From a virus (Duplodnaviria; Caudoviricetes): a DNA stretch of 64,000 nt. This document shows, piece by piece, positions 55,399 to 62,480 of the stretch. The DNA lies in the IMG/VR virus record IMGVR_UViG_3300046531_000318, positions 28,867 to 92,866 of that record; one strand, 5' to 3'. A program made the position numbers and the translations under genes. The stretch's first letter is position 1. Each line of letters begins with the position of its first letter. The notes below the pieces were generated by a model that saw only the letters and a list, made by a program, of their open reading frames with translations, did no database searches and was not told the origin of the DNA.

Positions 55399-56403
55399 AT
55401 GTATCACTCATTCGATACGGAGCACGCCAGGCTGTACGGCCTGGCCGAGGCCGTCGTCATTTACAACCTTCAGTTCTGGATTGTCCGCAACCGGGCAAAC
55501 GGCGAGCATTTCCACGATGGGCGGACCTGGTCGTACAACAGCGTTCGGGCGTTTGAGAAGGTGTTCGATTATCTGTCGCCTAAGCAGATCCGCGGCGCGC
55601 TCGAGCGACTGGAAGAAAAGGGTGTTCTGGTGACGGGTCGCTACAGCGACGACGCGCGCGATCGCACGAAGTGGTACGCGTTTTCCGACGAAAAACGCTT
55701 CCTCGACGGCGTCACTCCGCATTCGCCCTCTAGGGCAAATGCAAGCGACCAAGGCGGCGAGACTGATTCGCCCTCCGGGGCAAATGCGCGTGCCGGCAGG
55801 GGCAAATCCCTAATAAGGACAGATGTAAACGCAAATAAAAAACCAGATACTGTGTCCCCCCCTCGGTCGCAAGGCACCCGTCTTTCCGAGGGTTGGGTGC
55901 TGACGTTGAAGTGGGCGCGCTGGGCACTTGAGGATCCGGCCGTGAACAAGGCGGAGCAGTGGACCGAGGAGCATCTCCGGCTGCAGGCGGACAAGTTCCG
56001 CGATCACTGGCACGCGAAGTCGGGCAAGGACGCCCGCAAGGTCGACTGGTTCGCCACCTGGCGTAACTGGTGCCGCGACTCGAAGGCCGCTATGCCGGCC
56101 GCACGCCGGAGCGGTGGTGGGGCGTGGTGGCTGTCGCCTGAGTCACGCAAAGCGAAGGCGCTTGAGGTCGGTGTCGGCGAGCCGAACCCGGGCGAGAGCG
56201 ACGCCTCTTACCAGTCCCGCATTCAGGCTGCGATCGACAACGGCGGCAAGCCGCCTGCGCCGCGACCGGTGCCGGTCACCCCACTGGATCCTGTCCCGGT
56301 GCCCAGCGAGCCCGCAGAGCGTGGCTCTGATCTCTCTCGTGCCGCGACGTCAGCTGCGATCGCTCTGCTGCGCCAGAAGAACGCAGGGGGCGCGTCCGCA
56401 TGA
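55399..56403 (+). CDS. Phage replication initiator (O/DnaT-like)
   Basis: wHTH N-terminus (YG..EA......FWI..N, W.YNS, DRTKWY), central repeats, F.D.W......DW.ATWRNW C-terminus. Confidence 0.85.
   Translation: MYHSFDTEHARLYGLAEAVVIYNLQFWIVRNRANGEHFHDGRTWSYNSVRAFEKVFDYLSPKQIRGALERLEEKGVLVTGRYSDDARDRTKWYAFSDEKRFLDGVTPHSPSRANASDQGGETDSPSGANARAGRGKSLIRTDVNANKKPDTVSPPRSQGTRLSEGWVLTLKWARWALEDPAVNKAEQWTEEHLRLQADKFRDHWHAKSGKDARKVDWFATWRNWCRDSKAAMPAARRSGGGAWWLSPESRKAKALEVGVGEPNPGESDASYQSRIQAAIDNGGKPPAPRPVPVTPLDPVPVPSEPAERGSDLSRAATSAAIALLRQKNAGGASA
55721..55845. repeat. Lytic replication origin inside the O-like gene
   Basis: ATTCGCCCTC(T/C)(A/G)GGGCAAATGC x2 (55721, 55766) plus a degenerate third copy, then an A-rich tract. 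Confidence 0.7.
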
Positions 56404-56936
56404 GTTCCGGTCTGCATTGGACTCCCGAGGCCTACGCCGAATTCCTGCGCAAGCGGGGCGCTCAGACGCCTCCTGTGGCATCGCCCGCACCTGTGCCAGT
56501 GGTTGCTGCTCCTGTGGCGGCCGAGCCCGCTAAAAGCCTGTCTGCAGAAGAAACAAAGGTGCTCCGCGCACATCGCTCGAAACAGGCGTTTCAGGCGCTC
56601 GGGCGTCTGCCGAAAGGCGAATTCAATAAGACGGAGCGTGCGTACGCGGATTTCCTCGAGGAGCGCAAGCGCGTCGGGCAGGTGCTGTGGTGGAAGTTTC
56701 ACCCGATGCGCGTGCGACTCGCGAACAACACGTTTTACGAGGTCGACTTCCTGGTGATGTCCGCCGACGGCGTGCTCGAGATTCACGAAACAAAGGGCGG
56801 TTTCACGACCGACAAGGGCCAGCTCAAGCTGAAGCTGTGCGGCGAGGCGCTGCCGGTGTTCCGGATGTTCAAGGTCATCAAGCAAACGAAGAAGGCCGGC
56901 GGGGGCTGGCAAATCGAGGAGTACTCGGCGACATGA
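56400..56936 (+). CDS. PD-(D/E)XK endonuclease (DUF1064-like)
   Basis: NKTE..Y, Y..DF.V, IHETKG. Confidence 0.78.
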   Translation: MSSGLHWTPEAYAEFLRKRGAQTPPVASPAPVPVVAAPVAAEPAKSLSAEETKVLRAHRSKQAFQALGRLPKGEFNKTERAYADFLEERKRVGQVLWWKFHPMRVRLANNTFYEVDFLVMSADGVLEIHETKGGFTTDKGQLKLKLCGEALPVFRMFKVIKQTKKAGGGWQIEEYSAT

Positions 56937-57130
56937 GCGCTTATCAAATCCGGTTTGACTGGCGCGTCGAGCGTGCGACAGCCGCCATTGAGGCGGGCAC
57001 GTTCTGCAGTTTCGCGCACTACGCGGAAATTTTCGAAATGGACGAAGAGGAGACGATGGAAGTGTTTCAGACGGCCGCCATTCGGCTCGGCGTGCCTTTC
57101 TGTCCCGGTCCCGCGCCGGTGTTGAGCTAA
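56933..57130 (+). CDS. Hypothetical protein
   Basis: GAGGAG RBS, ATGA coupling. Confidence 0.55.
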   Translation: MSAYQIRFDWRVERATAAIEAGTFCSFAHYAEIFEMDEEETMEVFQTAAIRLGVPFCPGPAPVLS

Positions 57131-57149
57131 CCCTGTACCACGGTGACTA

Positions 57150-57725
57150 ATGCCTTCGAACAAGCCTGAAGCGGTGATTTATTTCCAGCATGCCGGTGTG
57201 CCGGGCGATTACTTCGAATGCGCGAGCTACGGCTCGTTGAGCGTCGCGGCGTGCGCTCGCAACTTCATGGAGGCGCCGCTGTGCGTTAAGCAGGGACGTC
57301 TGCAGCGCTGTCTCGGGTGCGCGCTGGGCAGTAAGCACGCGGGCGGTGCCGAGCCGCCTTCGGTGCCCGCGGCGTCATCCATCGTCTATCGCGTGGCGTG
57401 CGCGCGCTGCCGGCGCGACGGCCGAACGGAGGGCACGCGATTGCTCGGCCGTCTGCGCCTGGTGCGCGGCCACACGATCTGCGTGTCCTGCTACAACCGC
57501 GAGCGCGAGGTACTGGTCGGCGCCAACGCCAAGGGTGCGCGGCCGAAGAAATGGGACAGGCTCTTTCACACGCGTGCGAAGTCCGGTTCGGTTTCGCGCA
57601 CCACGGTGGTCGACCATCCGGATCCGGTTGTCGACCGCATCGAACTTGCGCTGACGATGTTCCGGCGCGGGCATAAGCGGGTCGCGTGGGCGCGGCCGGC
57701 GGTCGTACGCGCAATGGAGGCCTGA
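57150..57725 (+). CDS. Cys-rich hypothetical protein
   Basis: Multiple CxxC pairs; ICVSCYNRERE...G.NAKG..P. Confidence 0.65.
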   Translation: MPSNKPEAVIYFQHAGVPGDYFECASYGSLSVAACARNFMEAPLCVKQGRLQRCLGCALGSKHAGGAEPPSVPAASSIVYRVACARCRRDGRTEGTRLLGRLRLVRGHTICVSCYNREREVLVGANAKGARPKKWDRLFHTRAKSGSVSRTTVVDHPDPVVDRIELALTMFRRGHKRVAWARPAVVRAMEA

Positions 57726-57727
57726 CC

Positions 57728-58114
57728 GTGCTGTTCCAGTTCGATTTGTTCAACGACCCGTTCGAAGCGCCGGCCATCGAGCGCCCGGCGCCGCGAAAAG
57801 TGCGGCTCTCCGCGGGCTGGCAAGTGGCTGACCACGCCTGCCGGTTCTGCTTTGGGCGAGTCCTCCAGCGCGTGCACAAGGGCGAGGCGGTCGAGGTTCG
57901 CTGCGCGGAGTGCGGCAAGCGCGCGGACGGGGCGCCGAAGATGCTTTGCTGCTGCGGTGCCGACTGCGGCGATCTCGGGCTCGCGCTCGAGTGCGTGAAA
58001 AACCCACAGGTCACGAACGAGAACCCGCACGAAATTCTCGTGCGAGAGCGGCGCGTCGACGTGGCCGAACAATCCAAAGCGCCGGCGCGGCCGGTCAAAC
58101 TCCCGGGGTATTGA
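57728..58114 (+). CDS. Cys-rich zinc-finger protein
   Basis: GGAGG + GTG; H.CR.C.GRVL, RC..CG, LC.CG. Confidence 0.65.
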   Translation: MLFQFDLFNDPFEAPAIERPAPRKVRLSAGWQVADHACRFCFGRVLQRVHKGEAVEVRCAECGKRADGAPKMLCCCGADCGDLGLALECVKNPQVTNENPHEILVRERRVDVAEQSKAPARPVKLPGY

Positions 58115-58118
58115 ATCC

Positions 58119-58814
58119 ATGAACGATCTGATCTTGCCCGCAGACGGGCTGACCATGAGCAGTCGCGAGATTGCCGATCTCGTCGGCGCGCGGCACAACG
58201 ACGTCATCGCGACCATCGAGCGGCTGTTCGGTAAAGGGGTTTTACGAGAAAGTCGTAAAACCCCGCGCCTCTATGCGCCGCCGGGTGGCGGGCGTCCCAC
58301 AGCAGTGTTCGACCTCACCAAGCGCGACTCGCTGGTGGTGGCCGCCGGGTACAACGACGAGATGCGTGCCCGGATCATTGACCGCTGGCAGGAGCTTGAG
58401 GCTCGGGCGGTGCCGGCGACCATGTTCGTCGTCCCCAAGACCTTGAGCGAGGCGCTGCGGCTCGCAGCCGATCAGGCCGACCGCGCTGACCGCGCCGAGC
58501 AGCAGCTGGTCGCGCAGGCACCGAAGGTGGAGTTCGCGGAGACGGTTCGCAACATGGAGGCGGGCTTGACGATGCTGCAAATGGCGAAGCTCATCGGCTG
58601 GGGGCGCAACAAGCTCATGGCCGCGATGCGTGAGAACGGCATCCTTACTCCGCACAACGTTCCCTACCAGAAGTACATCGACCGCGGCTATTTCACGGTT
58701 GCCGAGTCGACGGTCAAGCGCACGGGCGGCGTCGTTCCGGTTCTGTCGACGCTGGTCACCGGGGCGGGGCAGGTGTTCCTGCAGCGCAAGTTCGCCGGGC
58801 AGGCTGCTGCGTAA
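58119..58814 (+). CDS. ant: Antirepressor (Rha-like N-terminus + KilAC/ANT C-terminus)
   Basis: TMSSREIA.L....H..V, R..IIDRW.ELE, P.T..EALRLAAD, PKV.F, PYQ.YIDRGYF, VTG.GQ. Confidence 0.88.
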   Translation: MNDLILPADGLTMSSREIADLVGARHNDVIATIERLFGKGVLRESRKTPRLYAPPGGGRPTAVFDLTKRDSLVVAAGYNDEMRARIIDRWQELEARAVPATMFVVPKTLSEALRLAADQADRADRAEQQLVAQAPKVEFAETVRNMEAGLTMLQMAKLIGWGRNKLMAAMRENGILTPHNVPYQKYIDRGYFTVAESTVKRTGGVVPVLSTLVTGAGQVFLQRKFAGQAAA

Positions 58815-58849
58815 ACAAACGAAAGTTTTTCCTTTGTTTGCAGCAGGAA

Positions 58850-58865
58850 GTCGTGACGCGAGACT
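58850..58865 (+). promoter_or_regulatory. Putative late promoter (GTCGTGACGC-GAGACT)
   Basis: Motif copy upstream of HU and the Ig-domain gene. Confidence 0.7.
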
Positions 58866-58906
58866 TTCTTCATCGGTTTGTTGTGTCTTTTTGGGGACTT
58901 GGGATC

Positions 58907-59206
58907 GTGAAGAAAGTGCAGTTCGTAGCAGCTGTTGCGAAGGCTTCCTCTCTCACCGCGGCGCAGGTGTCGAAGGTGCTCAGAGCATTGGAGGATGTCT
59001 CCGCAACGGAGTTAAAGGAGGCGGGTGAGGTACGCATCCCCGGCCTGGTCGTCATCAAGCGCTTGCCTCGCAGCGAGCGCATCGTGCGCAATCCGCGCAC
59101 GCGTGAAGAGTTCGTCATGGGCGCGTCGGTAGTGGTGAAGGCGAAGCCTGCCACCACGTTCGCCGACCGTGTCAAGGCGGAGAACCCTGTCCCGGCGAGC
59201 GACTAG
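58907..59206 (+). CDS. HU/IHF-family DNA-binding protein
   Basis: V.IPG......R.ER..RNP.T.E........V..KP. Confidence 0.85.
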   Translation: MKKVQFVAAVAKASSLTAAQVSKVLRALEDVSATELKEAGEVRIPGLVVIKRLPRSERIVRNPRTREEFVMGASVVVKAKPATTFADRVKAENPVPASD

Positions 59207-59560
59207 GGCAAGCGGAGGCGCCCAGCAGGGAGAAGTGGTTACCGGGGCTTTTGCCGACTTCACCGGTGGCCGCCGTGGCGCCATGAATAACCCCTGCAGA
59301 TGCGAACGCGGAGGGCGCGGTGCGGCTGCCTCGTCCTTTCCTCCGTCAGCGGATCGACGTCGCGTGTCGCATCGGACAGCCGGGAAAGACCGGCACCCTT
59401 CTTCAGCATGGGCGCTTCAATGATGCGTACTCCCTTTTGCCGGCTGATCCACTTCTTCGGTGGCAGTGCGGGTTGCGAGCGGCATGAGGAGCGTGTTCCG
59501 CACGCTTCGCTCATGCTGGTCGTGAGCCTCGACGGCGGTAATCAACTCAGGACGGATGCG

Positions 59561-59995
59561 ATGGATCTCACTTTGAAAGACGACGCAAGCAAGACGTTTG
59601 CGGTGGTGTTGAAGGACAAGTTTGGCGCGGTCGCGCAGGCGAGCGGCGCTCTGTCGGTCGCAAGCTCGGACGAGTCGATCGCCGTGGCGACGCTCTCGAG
59701 CGACGGCCAGTCGCTTTCCGTGGCCGCTGCCGGCGCGGGCAAGCTGGGCACCGCCACCGTTACCGTTTCGGACGAAGCGGACAACGTGTCGGCCGTGGTG
59801 AATGTGACGGTGGTGGCGGGTTCGCCGGCGTCGATCGAACTGACCGAGGTTGTCGCATCGACGGACGCAAGCTCGGCAAGCACGACGACCGCAGAGGCGA
59901 CGGCTGCTGCAGCAACCGACGCGCCGGCCGCGACCGATGCTGCTGCCTCGAGTGGCGACGCTGCTGCTTCGACGGACACCGCAGCCGCGCAGTAA
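59561..59995 (+). CDS. Ig-like (Big2) domain protein with Ala/Thr-rich tail; possibly a virion decoration protein
   Basis: DKFG, SSDESIAV, G.ATVTV, V.V.V.A; start could lie further upstream (~59420). Confidence 0.7.
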   Translation: MDLTLKDDASKTFAVVLKDKFGAVAQASGALSVASSDESIAVATLSSDGQSLSVAAAGAGKLGTATVTVSDEADNVSAVVNVTVVAGSPASIELTEVVASTDASSASTTTAEATAAAATDAPAATDAAASSGDAAASTDTAAAQ

Positions 59996-60040
59996 TCGAA
60001 GCGCGAGAGACCTCCGGCCGACTAGCGGCCGGGCGCAACC

Positions 60041-60073
60041 GGGAGGCCCGCTTCGGCGGGCTTCCTTATTTTT
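60041..60073 (+). terminator. Rho-independent terminator
   Basis: GGAGGCCCGC-TTCG-GCGGGCTTCC followed by TTATTTTT. Confidence 0.8.
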
Positions 60074-60124
60074 CAGTGCGAAAAGCAGAAAACGATTGTG
60101 CGCGCAAAGCAGAATCGATATGAT
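60071..60124 (+). promoter_or_regulatory. Sigma70-type promoter of the RNA operon overlapped by two operators
   Basis: TTGTGC-N17-TATGAT (60096-60124); operators TTTCAGT-N7-GCAGAAA (60071-60091) and ATTGTGC-N7-GCAGAAT (60095-60115). Confidence 0.7.
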
Positions 60125-60248
60125 TTATCCCATGCGCTCGGTGCGGCCTCGCCACCAAGCGCAAGACTGAGCGGTCGGGTGGTCGCGCCCACCTGAAAAA
60201 AAGGCCGTAGCGGCAGTCGTGTTGGTTAGGAAGGCCGCTCAGTCACTC

Positions 60249-60329
60249 GTTGCGTAGGTCACCTGGTGGGACACCTGGCACAAGCAGCACGCCGGCTGGG
60301 GCCTGGTTCGATTCCGGCACGCGACGCCA
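60249..60329 (+). ncRNA. tRNA-like RNA lacking a canonical anticodon loop
   Basis: Acceptor GTTGCGT/ACGCGAC + G-CCA, D arm GTC/GAC with GG, T loop TTCGATT, but an 11-nt loop in the anticodon position. Confidence 0.65.
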
Positions 60330-60336
60330 AGATTTA

Positions 60337-60413
60337 GGCAGGGTAGGGAAGGTGGTCATCCCGTCGGGCTCATAACCCGAAGGTCGCAGGTTCGAATCCT
60401 GCCCCTGCAACCA
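60337..60413 (+). tRNA. tRNA-Met(CAT), initiator type
   Basis: Cloverleaf; 1:72 mismatch (G.A), G2:C71/C3:G70, three G:C pairs in anticodon stem TCGGG/CCCGA, encoded CCA. Confidence 0.93.
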
Positions 60414-60467
60414 GAGCAAAACGGCCGCAAAGATAGGGCGGCGCACGATCCCCGTAACGTGCCGAGT

Positions 60468-61376
60468 GACTGGCGTAACGCAGTCGTCTCACGCATGGCG
60501 ACTGATAGCAGGGTGCGCACCTGCCGATGGACCGAGTCTGTTGAAACAGGGCAGATAGCGAAGTCGGTACAGCCGCCATGACGTGAGAGCGAATCCCGAA
60601 AGGGACGACGGAGTTTGCCGCCAGCGCGCTTGCGCGTTGACCGATGCGCCTTCGGGTTGGCAGTGCGCGGCACGCTCTCAACGAGTGCGAACCGAGCCAG
60701 TATGGTGACAGCGGACCCGCGTCTATTGCGGGTGGCGCTCACGGACCAGACCGCTCCAGAGCACGGCGCTAAAGTCCAAGCTACCGGGACATGAGCGGGG
60801 GAGGGGCCCGCACTCTCATGTATGGCGATGCAGTTCCCCCAGGCGGCGGCTGAGTAAAAACCCAGACTCCCCACTGCCCGGCTGGTTCGGCGTCGTCATT
60901 CATGAGGGTGACAGCCGCCGAGGTCGCACCGGCAGCACACTGCCTGGAGGGCCTCTGTGCTTGGACGAGTTCTCGCCCATACCGGAACCGCTCGGCGCCG
61001 CCACGTGTATATGGCTTCCCTCGATTTACTACGTTGCATCGTAGCCACCAGTGGTAACGCCGGGAGGCGCTCCTGACTCCGCCGGGGAAAGACCGGCACC
61101 TTCACGCATGTCGATGGACGGTGCAGGTTCGTGAATCAACCTGCATTGAACCACCAGGGAATGGGGCCGCACCCATCGGCATTCGTGAGGGTGAAGTGCG
61201 AAGCGTCAGGAGGGAGCCAGCGCAGTGCTGGCGCCTCGCGTCACTCTCGAAGTGGAAGGCTCCGGTACGCAATCCGGCGAGTTGGTGGAAAGCCAGCACT
61301 CTCAAGCATGGCGACTGGATGTTTTCCCCGCGGACGGCGCGAACAACCTTCCGGTCCAGTCGTCATGGCTGAGAGT
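60468..61376 (+). ncRNA. Array of four structured repeat units (T-arm-like hairpin + conserved ~20-bp stem around unique cargo)
   Basis: Units 60487-60588, 60811-60910, 61097-61193, 61298-61376 share arms RCYYTCANG(C/T)ATG(G/T)CGA and CG(C/T/G)CAT..NTGAGRG with compensatory changes; no credible ORFs. Confidence 0.75.
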
Positions 61377-61515
61377 CAAAGCAGAATACTGGCGCTACGG
61401 CGCCGGTTGTCCCAAGGCCCGCGAGGAAGCCGATATTACGCTCGTGGGGGCAGCACTGTCGTCTTGGCCCGAACGCGGTTATTCAGGGTGGAATAATCGG
61501 GCCCCGGCACTATTC

Positions 61516-61591
61516 GCGGGATTAGCTCAGATGGTAGAGCATCGGTTTTCCAAGCCGACTGTCGCCGGTTCGAAGCCGGCATCCCGCTCCA
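61516..61591 (+). tRNA. tRNA-Gly(TCC)
   Basis: GCGGGAT/ATCCCGC acceptor, AGCTCAG..GGTAGAGC D arm, anticodon TCC, GGTTCGA T arm, T-CCA end. Confidence 0.93.
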
Positions 61592-61627
61592 AGTGGTCTC
61601 TCGCGCTAACCCCGTAGCGTGTGATTT

Positions 61628-61653
61628 GGCGCCCCGAGTGGGCGCCTTTTTTT
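61628..61653 (+). terminator. Terminator closing the RNA operon
   Basis: GGCGCCC-CGAGT-GGGCGCC followed by T7. Confidence 0.8.
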
Positions 61654-61849
61654 ATGCTCGCGTCTTTCGCGGGTAGGCCGGCCGGACCTTCTCGCCACGC
61701 GCACGGCGCTCGGCGATGATGCGCTGGTACGTCGGGTTAATGTACAAAGCCTGCGGCGTGATCCCGGCAGCCCGGCCGGCGCGGTATCCCGTTGCGCCGG
61801 CCTCGACCAGCGCGATCGCCGCACGCATCCGATCGCTGGTCGTCCTCAT
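61652..61849 (-). CDS. Small HTH protein
   Basis: AIALVEAG.T.Y.A...AGIT.QALY; GAGG RBS. Confidence 0.65.
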   Translation of the reverse strand: MRTTSDRMRAAIALVEAGATGYRAGRAAGITPQALYINPTYQRIIAERRARGEKVRPAYPRKTRA

Positions 61850-62196
61850 AACAGCCTCGGCATTCCGAAAGCTGCCCGCCTGAAGGCCTCGAGGATCTCG
61901 GCCGATCTGAAGCTCTGCAGTCGCTCCGGCCGCTGGCCGACAAGGCACCAGTACTCGTCCATCTGTCCGCGCGCGCTGCGTGCCTTGTACGTCTCGATCA
62001 GGCCTTTGTCCTGGAGCATGCCGATGGCCTCGCGGATCCGCCGGCTGTTCGTGTTCAGTTCCAGCGTGAGGTGTGTCCGCGTGCGTGGGCTCGTCTCGAG
62101 CATCGCATACACCTGGTCGGCGAGTTCCGCCGGCGTGCGGTAGTTGTACGTTATCGCGCGCCGCTCGGTGTCGTTCATTCGTGTCTGTTCAGTCAT
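61846..62196 (-). CDS. Winged-HTH hypothetical protein
   Basis: V..ML...P.T...L...L......I.EA...L..KGLI. Confidence 0.6.
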   Translation of the reverse strand: MTEQTRMNDTERRAITYNYRTPAELADQVYAMLETSPRTRTHLTLELNTNSRRIREAIGMLQDKGLIETYKARSARGQMDEYWCLVGQRPERLQSFRSAEILEAFRRAAFGMPRLL

Positions 62197-62201
62197 TTGC
62201 T

Positions 62202-62414
62202 CTATGCGTATCGTCGCTGAAGGGTGAGGGTTTTCGGGACGCGGGTGATCGGTGGGCACTTCCCGACGGCCACGTCGATGTTGCTCTGCTGATCGTTGGC
62301 GAGCAGCTGGGCGACCGCGCAAATCAGACGGAGCGTCAGGGTACTGGTTGGCGTCGTGGCGTTCAGGTAGGCATCGAGCGCGTTTCGGGCTTCGGACTGG
62401 TCGGCGCGGAGCAT
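62202..62414 (-). CDS. Hypothetical protein
   Basis: GAGG RBS, fits operon. Confidence 0.5.
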   Translation of the reverse strand: MLRADQSEARNALDAYLNATTPTSTLTLRLICAVAQLLANDQQSNIDVAVGKCPPITRVPKTLTLQRRYA

Positions 62415-62480
62415 GTGGCCTCTCGGAAGTTTTTTCTAGTACGACCACAATGCCGCAATACCAGTCGACCAGTCCATACG

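Noticed and set aside
59519-59534. GTCGTGAGCC upstream of the Ig-domain gene as a late promoter
   Set aside because: The downstream SANNNT element is missing.
60468-61376. CRISPR array interpretation of the RNA repeats
   Set aside because: Repeats alternate as inverted left/right arms, are degenerate, and have irregular 35-220-nt intervals. No cas operon is present; the Cas4-like nuclease belongs to the RecT module.
60243-61617. ORF-track ORFs across the tRNA/RNA region
   Set aside because: They overlap tRNAs and stems, lack RBSs and lack protein-like composition; treated as spurious.
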